From: Eledone cirrhosa
Taxonomy: Eukaryota
Assembly (NCBI GenBank): GCA_964016885.1
Contig: OZ024752.1
Location: 5,270,001-5,334,000 of the forward strand
Direction of reading: 5' to 3'
DNA length: 64,000 nucleotides
Shown: piece after piece, positions 41,166 to 54,835 of the stretch
Layout of the letters: each line of letters opens with the position of its first letter
Position numbering within the stretch: the first letter of the stretch is position 1
Notes under the pieces: model-generated
The model's input: the letters and a program-made list of their open reading frames with translations, nothing else
Databases searched by the model: none
Told to the model about the DNA's origin: nothing
Translations under genes and position numbers: made by a program

Positions 41166-41190
41166 AATATATAAATATATATATATTTAA

Positions 41191-41285
<95 letters not shown>

Positions 41286-41310
41286 AATATATAAATATAT
41301 ATATATTTAA

Positions 41311-41373
<63 letters not shown>

Positions 41374-41396
41374 AATATATATATATATAAATATAA

Positions 41397-41477
<81 letters not shown>

Positions 41478-41480
<3 letters not shown>

Positions 41481-41735
41481 TCATCATTTTACGTCCGCTT
41501 ATTCCCTGCTTGCAAGGGTTGGACGGGAACTGATTCTGCCTTGATTTCTACAGCTGGATGCCCTTCCTAACACCAACCTAATTTACAGTGTGTACAGGAT
41601 GCCTTCTTGCCGTGGGGCCTCAACGACCGCTTTGCAGTGGAATGATAGGGACCCATTCCCTATCATCTCATTTCTACAGCTGAGTAAACTGGAGCTATGT
41701 GAGATAAAGTGTTTTGCTCAAGGAAACAACACATC
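41478..41735 (-). mobile_element. SINE family B, 5'-truncated, in (TA)n
   Basis: Reverse complement of 27355-27620. Confidence 0.9.
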
Positions 41736-41753
41736 ATATATATATATATATGT

Positions 41754-42072
41754 GTGTTGAGAGAGAAACTGTATCTGAGAGGGATAGAATGTAGTGTACG
41801 GGTGAGGAGACTGAGGTGGTATGGACATGTGATGTGTATGGTGCATGACTGATGGGTGAAGAAGTGCCAGGAAATGCTCGTTGAAGGAAGACATGGTAGG
41901 CGTATACCACAAAAAACATAGGCGGAGGTGGTGAGAACAGACCTGAGATCGCTGAAGCTCACGGTGGAGATGACGAAGGACTGTGACAAGTGGAGAGATG
42001 CTGTGCTGAATAAGACCCGTTCCACCCTTGCAAGCAGGGAAGAGCGGACGTAAAATGATGATAATGATGATG
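41754..42072 (+). mobile_element. RTE family B 3' fragment in (TA)n
   Basis: Homologous to 16490-16792. Confidence 0.9.
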
Positions 42073-42126
42073 ATATATATGTATATATATATCAATATAT
42101 ATAAATATACATATATAAATATATAT

Positions 42127-42192
<66 letters not shown>

Positions 42193-42198
42193 CTAAAT

Positions 42199-42231
<33 letters not shown>

Positions 42232-42254
42232 AATATATATATATATAAATAAAT

Positions 42255-42287
<33 letters not shown>

Positions 42288-42302
42288 AATATATATAAAT
42301 AT

Positions 42303-42333
<31 letters not shown>

Positions 42334-42406
42334 AAAATATAAATATATATATATATAAATATATATATATATAAAAATATAAATATATATATAAAAATAT
42401 AAATAT

Positions 42407-42437
<31 letters not shown>

Positions 42438-42617
42438 AATATATATATATATAAATATATATATATATTAAATTGTTAAATAATATTCAATGATTATGTC
42501 AAAGAATGAGTTTTACAGTAGATTGGAAGCACTCAACGGCAAATAATTTTCAGGAGTTATTATTAAATAAAATAAGTATTAAGTATTAATAAAATAGATG
42601 TTCTTTTGATCAATTAC

Positions 42618-42670
42618 ATTTTATTATACATATTTTGGATGTACAACTGTACGTCCTCATCAGACAAAAT
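42618..42670 (-). ncRNA. Decayed minimal hammerhead (G12->A)
   Basis: ATTTTGT-CTGATGA-GGACGTAC agtt GTACATCC-AAAA-TATGTA-T-A-ATAAAAT. Confidence 0.65.
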
Positions 42671-42887
42671 ATAATGATACATGACATATCCTGAGATGTT
42701 AAATGGTTAAGATTTAATCAAGAACATCTATTTTATTAATACTTATATTTAATCAATATACTTATACTTTAATCAATTTATATATATATATATATATATA
42801 AATATATATATATATTTGACACAACAAAAACAAGATGGCGTAGAACAGAAAAAAGGAGAGGCACAAAAACAAAGAAAAGTATCCCCA

Positions 42888-42930
42888 GTCGCTGAAGAGG
42901 TCACAGAATGTGTGACGAAAGAACTTTGAC
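42888..42930 (+). ncRNA. Partly decayed minimal hammerhead
   Basis: GTCG-CTGAAGA-g-GTCACA gaatg TGTGAC-GAAA-GAAC-T-T-TGAC. Confidence 0.55.
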
Positions 42931-43220
42931 AATATATGAACAATCGTCTGGTTGTGGAACCAACCAACCAACCGGAAATTTATAAATTCCTAAATTTATA
43001 AATTTAATTCATAGTAAATTGAAGTGAGAGCAACTGGTGCGTGTGTTTCTTATTGGCAACATGACCCTCCCAAAGCATAACAATATCGGTTTCAACACAC
43101 GTTTTCAGATAAAGAATCTTGCTAAACAAATTCAGAAACGAAATATATATATATATATATACATGTATATATATGTAAATATATATGTATGTAAATATAT
43201 ATATATATATATATATGTAA

Positions 43221-43258
<38 letters not shown>

Positions 43259-43265
43259 GTACATG

Positions 43266-43328
<63 letters not shown>

Positions 43329-43353
43329 ATATATATTAAAATAACAGATTAAA

Positions 43354-43401
43354 GTTTAAGCAAAGAATCGCTGCTTTCATCCTTAACGTGATCTTCTGAA
43401 A
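43354..43401 (-). ncRNA. Hammerhead-like family H, copy 2
   Basis: Reverse complement of the 23745-23793 motif; stem II weakened. Confidence 0.5.
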
Positions 43402-43755
43402 TATTTGCCCTACGGTTCTTATATATCTGATATATATTTATCCTTATCAAGCCCTCTTTGGATTTTAGTCTTCAAATTTATTATTATTACTATATATATA
43501 TATATGTAAATATATATATTTATATATGTAAATATATATATCCAAAATTAATTTAATTAAATTAAATTAAGGGAGTCATGTTATTTTAAATATATATTTG
43601 TCAATCAATTTCTTTTTGATATATATATATAAATTTATATATATATATATATATATATATTTAAATATATATATATATATAAATATATATGTAAATATAT
43701 ATATATATGTAAATATATATATATGTAAATATATATATATATATGTAAATATATG

Positions 43756-43829
<74 letters not shown>

Positions 43830-44676
43830 GTATATATATATGTATATATATATATATATATATATTTATACACACACATAAATGCATATGCATGTACATA
43901 TACACAAACATACTGAGTAACATCAATGTATACAAGTATGCATACATAATATTTACAGAAACACATAAGCAAATACACGCATGCATGCATACATTCATAC
44001 ACATACCAACATAATTTGGTGATGAGCTTCATACTTTCTTTTGCCAAGGTGTAAAAAGGCTGCAATTGCAGCAATTCTTGCAAATTTTAAAAAAACCTTC
44101 CCTACTCAATGCTTTAATTTGTAGATTTAAACATTTCTTATTTTCTTTCCTTTTTTTTTTCCTTAATAAAAAAAATCCTTTGGGGGCTAACTGTTTGGTG
44201 AGACGGGATGTGATAGGATGAGTGGTTGTGGCGGGTTTGGGTTAATTCTGTTGCTTTTACCAAAAATGGTAATTATCATTTAAATAATACATTTTTTTCA
44301 AAATTTGATTTGTTTGTTTGTTTTTGTGTTTTATTTTTTATTTATTTGTTTACTATATTCTTTTAGATTTACCCTTTTTCACATCTTTTCCCAATTTAGG
44401 GATTCCATTTCCTTCCCCATCCCCTACCAACTCTACTATTTTGTTTTAGTTTTCTTTTTAATATCCAATGTCCTTTATCCAAAAATTTTGAGATGTTATG
44501 TCTTCATTCTCTCCCTCCCTTTTTTCCCCACTTAAATTCCTCCAACCATCTGATCCCTTCTTCTTCACCCACATATTTCTGAGAGGGTCCTGGGGGCAGA
44601 GGTGGATTGTTTGAATTGTTAGAGTGTTTGATGAGATACTTTGGAGTATTTCTTCCAGCTCTTTGCATTCCAAGTT

Positions 44677-47600
44677 CTTGAGTAGTAGAATTAATGTTAC
44701 CTGGTTTAACCCCACCACCTGGCCCTTGTGTAGTAGAATTAATGTTACCAGGTTTAACCCCACCACCTGGCCCTTGGGTAGTAGAATTAATGTTACCAGG
44801 TTTAACCCCACCACCTGGCCCTTGAGTAGTAGAATTAATGTTACCTGGTTTAACCCCACCACCTGGCCCTTGGGTAGTAGAATTAATGTTACCAGGTTTA
44901 ACCCCACCACCTGGCCCTTGGGTAGTAGAATTAATGTTACCAGGTTTAACCCCACCACCTGGCCCTTGGGTAGTAGAATTAATGTTACCAGGTTTAACCC
45001 CACCACCTGGCCCTTGGGTAGTAGAATTAATGTTACCAGGTTTAACCCCACGACCTGGCCCTTGGGTAGTAGAATTAATGTTACCAGGTTTAACCCCACC
45101 ACCTGGCCCTTGGGTAGTAGAATTAATGTTACCAGGTTTAACCCCACCACCTGGCCCTTGAGTAGTAGAATTAATGTTACCAGGTTTAACCCCACCACCT
45201 GGCCCTTGAGTAGTAGAATTAATGTTACCAGGTTTAACCCCACCACCTGGCCCTTGGGTAGTAGAATTAATGTTACCAGGTTTAACCCCACGACCTGGCC
45301 CTTGTGTAGTAGAATTAATGTTACCAGGTTTAACCCCACGACCTGGCCCTTGGGTAGTAGAATTAATGTTACCAGGTTTAACCCCACGACCTGGCCCTTG
45401 GGTAGTAGAATTAATGTTACCAGGTTTAACCCCACCACCTGGCCCTTGGGTAGTAGAATTAATGTTACCAGGTTTAACCCCACCACCTGGCCCTTGGGTA
45501 GTAGAATTAATGTTACCAGGTTTAACCCCACGACCTGGCCCTTGTGTAGTAGAATTAATGTTACCAGGTTTAACCCCACGACCTGGCCCTTGGGTAGTAG
45601 AATTAATGTTACCAGGTTTAATCCCACGACCTGGCCCTTGGGTAGTAGAATTAATGTTACCAGGTTTAACCCCACCACCTGGCCCTTGGGTAGTAGAATT
45701 AATGTTACCAGGTTTAACCCCACCACCTGGCCCTTGGGTAGTAGAATTAATGTTACCAGGTTTAACCCCACGACCTGGCCTTTGGGTAGTAGAATTAATG
45801 TTACCAGGTTTAACCCCACCACCTGGCCCTTGGGTAGTAGAATTAATGTTACCAGGTTTAACCCCACCAACTGGCCCTTGGGTAGTAGAATTAATGTTAC
45901 CAGGTTTAACCCCACCACCTGGCCCTTGGGTAGTAGAATTAATGTTACCAGGTTTAACCCCACCACCTGGCCCTTGTGTAGTAGAATTAATGTTACCAGG
46001 TTTAACCCCACCACCTGGCCCTTGGGTAGTAGAATTAATGTTACCAGGTTTAACCCCACCACCTGGCCCTTGTGTAGTAGAATTAATGTTACCAGGTTTA
46101 ACCCCACCACCTGGCCCTTGGGTAGTAGAATTAATGTTACCTGGTTTAACCCCACCACCTGGCCCTTGGGTAGTAGAATTAATGTTACCTGGTTTAACCC
46201 CACCACTTGGCCCTTGGGTAGTAGAATTAATGTTACCTGGTTTAACCCCACCACTTGGCCCTTGGGTAGTAGAATTAATGTTACCTGGTTTAACCCCACC
46301 ACTTGGCCCTTGGGTAGTAGAATTAATGTTACCTGGTTTAACCCCACCAATTGGCCTTTGGGGAGTAGAATTAATGTTACCTGGTTTAACCCCACCACTT
46401 GGCCCTTGGGTAGTAGAATTAATGTTACCTGGTTTAACCCCACCACTTGGCCCTTGGGTAGTAGAATTAATGTTACCTGGTTTAACCCCACCAATTGGCC
46501 TTTGGGTAGTAGAATTAATGTTACCTGGTTTAACCCCACCACTTGGCCCTTGGGTAGTAGAATTAATGTTACCTGGTTTAACCCCACCACTTGGCCCTTG
46601 GGTAGTAGAATTAATGTTACCTGGTTTAACCCCACCACTTGGCCCTTGGGTAGTAGAATTAATGTTACCTGGTTTAACCCCACCACTTGGCCCTTGGGTA
46701 GTAGAATTAATGTTACCTGGTTTAACCCCACCACTTGGCCCTTGGGTAGTAGAATTAATGTTACCTGGTTTAACCCCACTACCTGGTCCTTGGGTAGTAG
46801 AATTAATGTTACCTGGTTTAACCCCACTATTTGGCCCTTGGATGGTAGAATTAATGTTACCTGGTTTAACCCCACTACCTGGTCCTTGGGTAGTAGAATT
46901 AATGTTACCTGGTTTAACCCCACCACTTGGCCCTTGGGTAGTAGAATTAATGTTACCTGGTTTAACCCCACTACTTGGCCCTTGGGTAGTAGAATTAATG
47001 TTACCTGGTTTAACCCCACTACCTGGTCCTTGGGTAGTAGAATTAATGTTACCTGGTTTAACCCCACTATTTGGCCCTTGGATGGTAGAATTAATGTTAC
47101 CTGGTTTAACCCCACCACTTGGCCCTTGGGTAGTAGAATTAATGTTACCTGGTTTAACCCCACCACCTGGCCCTTGGGTAGTAGAATTAATGTTACCTGG
47201 TTTAACCCCACCACTTGGCCCTTGGGTAGTAGAATTAATGTTACCGGGTTAACCCCACCACTTGGCCCTTGGGTAGTAGAATTAATGTTACCTGGTTTAA
47301 CCCCACCACCTGGCCCTTGGGTAGTAGAATTAATGTTACCTGGTTTAACCCCACCACTTGGCCCTTGGGTAGTAGAATTAATGTTACCTGGTTTAACCCC
47401 ACTACTTTGCCCTTGGCTAGTAGAATTAATGTTACCTGGTTTAAACCCACTACTTGGCCCTTGGGTAGTAGAATTAATTGTTTCTACTTTTGGCACAAGG
47501 CCAGCAATTACCCAGTGCATTACTGGTACTTTATTTTATCGACCTTGTAAGGATGAAAGGCAAAGTTAACCTCGGCGGGATTTGAACTCAGAATGACAAG

Positions 47601-50600
47601 GGCTGTAACTCTATGAGTCAAAGCATGGCGTCCGACCCTCTACAGATACTGCCAATCCACCGGTTACCTGGTTTAACCCCACCACTTGGCCCTTGGGTAG
47701 TAGAATTAATGTTACCGGGTTTAACCCCACACTTGGCCCTTGGGTAGTAGAATTAATGTTACCTGGTTTAACCCCACCACTTGGCCCTTGGGTAGTAGAA
47801 TTAATGTTACCTGGTTTAACCCCACCACTTGGCCCTTGGGTAGTAGAATTAATGTTACCGGGTTTAACCCCACCACTTGGCCCTTGGGTAGTAGAATTAA
47901 TGTTACCTGGTTTAACCCCACCACTTGGCCCTTGGGTAGTAGAATTAATGTTACCTGGTTTAACCCCACCACTTGGCCCTTGGGTAGTAGAATTAATGTT
48001 ACCGGGTTTAACCCCACCACTTGGCCCTTGGGTAGTAGAATTAATGTTACCTGGTTTAACCCCACCACCTGGCCCTTGGGTAGTAGAATTAATGTTACCT
48101 GGTTTAAACCCACTACTTGGCCCTTGGGTAGTAGAATTAATGTTACCGGGTTTAACCCCACTACCTGGCCCTTGGGTAGTAGAATTAATGTTACCTGGTT
48201 TAACTCCACTACCTGGCCCTTGGGTAGTAGAATTAATGTTACCTGGTTTAACCCCACCACCTGGCCCTTGGGTAGTAGAATTAATGTTACCTGGTTTAAC
48301 CCCACTACCTGGCCCTTGGGTAGTAGAATTAATGTTACCGGGTTTAACCCCACTACCTGGCCCTTGGGTAGTAGAATTAATGTTACCTGGTTTAACCCCT
48401 TTACCTGGCCCTTGGGTAGTAGAATTAATGTTACCTGGTTTAACCCCACTACCTGGCCCTTGGGTAGTAGAATTAATGTTACCTGGTTTAACCCCACCAC
48501 TTGGCCCTTGGGTAGTAGAATTAATGTTACCTGGTTTAACCCCACCACTTGGCCCTTGGGTAGTAGAATTAATGTTACCTGGTTTAACCCCTTTACCTGG
48601 CCCTTGGGTAGTAGAATTAATGTTACCTGGTTTAACCCCACCACCTGGCCCTTGGGTAGTAGAATTAATGTTACCTGGTTTAACCCCACTACCTGGCCCT
48701 TGGGTAGTAGAATTAATGTTACCGGGTTTAACCCCACTACCTGGCCCTTGGGTAGTAGAATTAATGTTACCTGGTTTAACCCCACTACCTGGCCCTTGGG
48801 TAGTAGAATTAATGTTACCGGGTTTAACCCCACTACCTGGCCCTTGGGTAGTAGAATTAATGTTACCTGGTTTAACCCCTTTACCTGGCCCTTGGGTAGT
48901 AGAATTAATGTTACCTGGTTTAACCCCTTTACCTGGCCCTTGGGTAGTAGAATTAATGTTACCTGGTTTAACCCCACTACCTGGCCCTTGGATGGTAGAA
49001 TTAATGTTACCTGGTTTAACCCCACCACCTGGCCCTTGGGTAGTTGAATTAATGTTACCTGGTTTAACCCCACTACCTGGCCCTTGGGTGGTAGAATTAA
49101 TGTTACCTGGTTTAACCCCACCACCTGGCCCTTGGATGGTAGAATTAATGTTACCTGGTTTAACCCCACTACCTGGCCCTTGGGTAGTAGAATTAATGTT
49201 ACCTGGTTTAACCCCACGACCTGGCCCTTGGGTAGTAGAATTAATGTTTCCTGGTTTAACCCCACTACCTGGCCCTTGGGTGGTAGAATTAATGTTACCT
49301 GGTTTAACCCCACCACTTGGCCCTTGGGTAGTAGAATTAATGTTACCTGGTTTAACCCCACCACTTGGCCCTTGGGTAGTAGAATTAATGTTACCTGGTT
49401 TAACCCCACCACTTGGCCCTTGGGTAGTAGAATTAATGTTACCTGGTTTAACCCCACCACTTGGCCCTTGGGTAGTAGAATTAATGTTACCTGGTTTAAC
49501 CCCACTACCTGGCCCTTGGGTAGTAGAATTAATGTTACCGGGTTTAACCCCACTACCTGGCCCTTGGGTAGTAGAATTAATGTTACCGGGTTTAACCCCA
49601 CTACCTGGCCCTTGGGTAGTAGAATTAATGTTACCTGGTTTAACCCCACTACCTGGCCCTTGGGTAGTAGAATTAATGTTACCGGGTTTAACCCCACCAC
49701 CTGGCCCTTGGGTAGTAGAATTAATGTTACCTGGTTTAACCCCTATACCTGGCCCTTGGGTAGTAGAATTAATGTTACCAGGTTTAACCCCACTACCTGG
49801 CCCTTGGGTAGTAGAATTAGTGTTACCAGGTTTAACCCCACCACTTGGCCTTGGGTCGTAGAATTAATGTTACCTGGTTTAACCCCACCACTTGGCCTTG
49901 GGTCGTAGAATTAATGTTACCTGGTTTAACCCCACCACTTGGCCTTGGGTCGTAGAATTAATGTTACCTGGTTTAACCCCACCACCTGGCCCTTGGGTAG
50001 TAGAATTAATGTTACCAGGTTCAACCCCACCACTTGGCCCTTGGGTAGTAGAATTAATGTTACCAGGTTTAACCCCACCACTTGGCCCTTGGGTAGTAGA
50101 ATTAATGTTACCTGGTTTAACCCCACTACTTGGCCCTTGAGTAGTAGAATTAATTTTACCTGGTTTAACCCCACCACCTGGCCCTTGGGTAGTAGAATTA
50201 ATGTTACCTGGTTTAACCCCACTACCTGGCCCTTGGGTAGTAGAATTAATGTTACCTGGTTTAACCCCACCACTTGGCCTTAGGTAGTAGAATTAATGTT
50301 ACCTGGTTTAACCCCACTACCTGGCCCTTGGGTAGTAGAATTAATGTTACCTGGTTTAACCCCACCACTTGGCCTTGGGTAGTAGAATTAATGTTACCTG
50401 GTTTAACCCCACTACCTGGCCCTTGGGTAGTAGAATTAATGTTACCTGGTTTAACCCCACCACTTGGCCTTGGGTAGTAGAATTAATGTTACCTGGTTTA
50501 ACCCCACCACTTGGCCTTGGGTAGTAGAATTAATTTTACCTGGTTTAACCCCACCACCTGGCCCTTGGGTAGTAGAATTAATTTTACCTGGTTTAACCCC

Positions 50601-50939
50601 ACCACCTGGCCCTTGGGTAGTAGAATTAATGTTACCTGGTTTAACCCCACCACCTGGCCCTTGGATGATAGAATTAATGTTACCTGGTTTAACCCCACTA
50701 CCTGGCCCTTGGGTAGTAGAATTAATGTTACCTGGTTTAACCCCACTACTTGGCCCTTGGGTAGTAGAATTAATGTTACCTGGTTTAACCCCACCACCTG
50801 GCCCTTGGGTAGTAGAATTAATGTTACCTGGTTTAACCCCACTACCTGGCCCTTGGGTAGTAGAATTAATGTTACCTGGTTTAACCCCACCACTTGGCCT
50901 TGGGTAGTAGAATTAATGTTACCTGGTTTAACCCCACCA
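44677..50939. repeat. 48-bp minisatellite (~125 units) interrupted by a SINE
   Basis: Unit CTTGGGTAGTAGAATTAATGTTACC(A/T/G)GGTTTAACCCCACCAC(C/T)TGGCC; several 47-bp variants. Confidence 0.98.
47479..47662 (-). mobile_element. SINE family A (short subfamily) inserted in the 48-bp array
   Basis: Splits one unit between AATTAAT and GTTACC. Confidence 0.93.
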
Positions 50940-51994
50940 TCTTGGTCTTGGGTGTCTCTGGCAGACTTTCACTCTGTTGCAAGTATTCATACTAGGTTTC
51001 CTGTTTAAGGATAGCTTTCTCCCTCCTTACGACCACCATCATCAGAGACCCAGAAAATGCTAAAGAGTACTGCCTTCCCCTTCTTCACTAAACAGTAAAA
51101 AATTAAAAAAGATAAACCTTAACGCACCTACATTCACCAGCCCCCTAATCCTTATTGCATGAATACCATATTGTGCATATGAATGAAAAACATCAATCTT
51201 ATAGATGTGCATCTTCCTATGTATAAATAAGAATGTAAAGATGAGCTGCTGCTGCTACTGTTGATGCTGCTGGTGCTGATAGTGAGCAGAAAGGAACCTC
51301 AGAGCTGATCCCAAATATTTCTTAATGTAACTGTGATTTTCTTTTGTTTCTTCTCCCGACCCGCCTTTTTTTTTTTGTAATACCCACTTTTTTTTTTACC
51401 TGGAAGCCTCTCTTTTAAATTCCTTCCATGAAATCTCAGATTGACAACTTCAATGTCACAGCAGGCCGACATTCAGAGTCACTTGAGCAAAATGATTTCA
51501 TAATGATGATAATAATAATAATAATGATGATGATGATGATGCAGGTGGTAACAATGATGATGGTGATGATGATGATGATGGTGATGCTGGTGATGATCAT
51601 GATGATGACCGTGATAAAAATCAATTTTAGATGAGGAACAAAGGTGAAAATGAAGGCAGCCAGGAAAAAAAAAGAATAAAAGAGTTGAAAAAGAATCTAT
51701 GGAAAATTTCCTGCACTTCAGCTTATTTTTTACAATAAATTAAACCAGTAAGATATTGTATATGTCTTTCTATACACACATACACACATACATATTGTAT
51801 ATGTCTTTCTATACACACATACACACATACATATGAATATATATATATATGGAAAAGAAATTGTAAATGCAGCTGGAGTCTTTTAAGAATATTTATTTAT
51901 TTTACTGGTTTCACAGTAAAAGTAAAATTGAGATGGAGGTGGATGTGTTTCTGTTGTGGTTTATCTCGCATCTATTATATATATATATATATAT

Positions 51995-52119
51995 ATACAA
52001 TATATAGAGGGGAAAGACACAGAAGAGTGTGTTTTTCTTTACAGGAATTTCAAACCACCAGCGTGAAAAGAATAAAGAAAAACACACTCTTCTGTGTCTT
52101 TCCCTTCTATATATTGTAT
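51995..52119. repeat. Hairpin, 47-bp arms, 31-nt loop
   Basis: 51995-52041 pairs with 52073-52119, with a single G-T. Confidence 0.9.
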
Positions 52120-52375
52120 TTTAAAGTGCCCAGGAAAACTCTTTCCTTTGAGCTCATTTAATTACAGGATTATACGCGAGTCCTTTGCTCCGTTATTTAA
52201 CTATATATATATGATGGACTCTCCTATCGTGTATTGATGTATGAGGATTCAACAGTTTTCTCGGTTCAAATTTTTTGTGGTTATGCCTTAAATGGCACTT
52301 TAGTCCAGTTGCTGATTTACACATCAAACCACATTTAGTGCAGATGTTAGGATTTTAAGCAGAGCAGGATCGAAT

Positions 52376-53108
52376 GTGTGTGCAGAGGATCTGTGCAGAT
52401 TGGAAAGGAATGAAGCATGCATGCTTCGATGGAGGTGTAATAGTAATATACATAAACAGCAAAGCATAAATGAACTAAGTAAGAAATTAGGCTTAAGAGG
52501 GATCAGATGCAGTTTTACTAGAGAGGAGATTACATTGGTATGGTCATGTGATGCGCATGAAAGATGACAGCTGTATAAAAAAGTGCAGGGTGATCAAAAT
52601 TGATGGAAGCTACAGAGCAGGTAGACCCAGAAAGATCTGGGACGTGGTGATAAAAGCTGACCTTGCACACTTGCACCACTCTAAGACAATGTTACAGGAT
52701 TGAGATCTGTGGCACTATGCAGTAATACAGAAAACCTGCCTGCCCTTACATATGAACTTAAACGTACAGTCAGTATGCACCTCTTAATCCAATATACACC
52801 CACACACCCTACACCTTACTCCCACTTCCACCCACACCGCCCTTTCTCTGTAAAGTTATGTTGGTACTGCAAAACATCCAGCCCACACTGTAAAGTTGTC
52901 ATGTAGGAGACACAGCAAAAAGCACCCACCACACACTGTTAATGTGAGTGGCATTAGGAAGGGCATCCAGCCGTAGAAAACCAGCCAGAAACAGTCCTAT
53001 ACGAGTGAGTCACGGTCACCTAACTCAATTTGCCTCAAGTGGAACAAACCCGTCTAACCCATGCTAGCGTGGAAGATAGACATTAAACGGTGATGATGAT
53101 GATGATGA
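52376..53108 (+). mobile_element. RTE LINE 3' fragment (family C-like, diverged)
   Basis: [18 protein letters not shown]..., GRPRKIWD, 3' UTR and (TGA)n tail. Confidence 0.9.
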
Positions 53109-53698
53109 ATTCATTCAAATTCCATGGCTGATAATGCACCATGATGTCAGACAATATATCAATCAAAGGTGTTTGTTTAAAATACATATTTAGTAAAAGG
53201 TCTCCTTTTTCTTTCCATTGATTGTGGTATTGAGCTGGAACAACAACAAACCAATCCTTATACACCCCTCTTTATCCCTCAAACACCCACAACTACCACC
53301 ACCTCCACAAACTCCCCAGCAACAACCACTAAAACCACAGTTACAAGCTTCAGCAACCAAACCATCCACTACCCACAGACATAGTTTAAACTCTGAATCC
53401 TTAAAAAAATGAAAAATGGAAGAAAACAACTCTGAGAATGAAAGAAGTAAATAAGAAAAAATAATCATAAAATTATAAAACAAAAAGGAGACTTTTTGTT
53501 TGCTTATTTGCTTTCATATTTTTTTTTCTTTCTAATATTTGTTTTATTTTTTGATTTATCGATTTCATTCTTTCTTAAGCAAGGGGTGTATAGTGGGTAC
53601 AATTTTGAAATGTCCTATATATATATATATATATATGTATAGGACTCATATATATATATATATATATATAGGACTTTTATATATATATATATATAGGA

Positions 53699-53750
<52 letters not shown>

Positions 53751-54288
53751 TACATCAGATACAAGTGAATGACAGTTGTTTTAAGAAACTATTTCTGAAC
53801 ACAATATAGAGCAGGCATGCCAAACATGCAGGTTGCATGTGGCCCTTTACAAGCACACATGCAGCTCGTTCAAAGATTTTTACAGCATGACATTGTTTTA
53901 TTTTATATAAATAATATATAATATATATATATGCATGTATATATATATATATACATATGTAAATATATATATCGAAAGAATTGTGATAAGAAACCAGGTG
54001 GACCATAATGCACCAGAATACTCGATACTTAGGGTAGTAGAGTGGGTAATAGTAAAGGAGTCAGGGCCCTGACACTTTTCTTATATATATATATTTTGAC
54101 AACAGCTGATGATATACATGTAAGTAAATATATTCCTTATCTGATATTTTGTAACTAACCCTACATAGATCGATAACAAAATATGCGTATGATGTATTAT
54201 TATCACCTAGAATCGATCGTAAAGCAGTGAAGTATATTTCTAATGACTTGAATTTTCATTTCATTGTTTTAACTTATATATATACATA

Positions 54289-54341
<53 letters not shown>

Positions 54342-54835
54342 TCATCATCGTTTAACGTCCATGTTCCACGCTTGCATATATATATGTATATATATATATG
54401 TATATATATATATAAGATAGATTAGATAGATAAATTCTGTCCTTGGGAACCCAGCAAGGTTTATTTTATACTTGCGATCAGATGGGGGGGGGGGGGTATG
54501 AGAGAAGGAGCAAAGTGTTTACAAAGTTAGCGAGCGAGATGCAGGAAGGTTCTAGAATAATTAATTAATAATAATACTAGAAGGTTAGTTTTTAGGAAGG
54601 GTCCAACAGAATGAGACATATTATTAAAAATACATAAAATATTAATTGAAAATCCGAGAGAAAAACGGAGAATTTGAATTCTAGACTGGCATAAATAGAA
54701 GTTTAAAACACTGCTTATTGAGTCAACTTTATGGGTAACTTTGGGAGAAGGTTAATTTTTAGGAAGGGTCCAACAGAATGTATATACATATGTATGTATA
54801 TATATATATATATATATATTAAAATAACAGATTAA

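Larger units (their letters stand above)
37710..44005. repeat. ~6-kb degenerate (TA)n field with nested short insertions
   Basis: Read directly; interrupted at ~38040, 38655, 40219, 41478, 41754, 42470, 42817 and 43337. Confidence 0.95.

Noticed and set aside
37778-44083. Many long YI/IY/VCV ORFs here and at 1333-1820, 16341-17418 and 56759-63994
   Set aside because: These are translations of (TA)n/(TG)n microsatellites.
44458-51008. ORFs of up to 1020 aa in the 48-bp array, including a mucin-like minus frame (GGVKPGNINSTTQGP)n
   Set aside because: The unit is a multiple of 3 and stop-free in several frames at once. 47-bp units and a SINE break the frames, the longest ORF starts inside the SINE, and there is no good acceptor or start upstream. 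Some common variants are synonymous in the mucin-like frame, but not convincingly more than expected; a dN/dS test on units plus RNA-seq would settle it.
51005-51050. Minus-strand CTGATGA...GAAA
   Set aside because: The intervening sequence cannot form stem II.
51428-51634. Poly-Met/Ile ORFs
   Set aside because: (GAT)n/(AAT)n microsatellite.
53965-54135. CTGATGA at 54106 and GAAAGAATTGT at ~53974 as a hammerhead
   Set aside because: The two halves are in the wrong order for one type-I fold, and no consistent stems were found.
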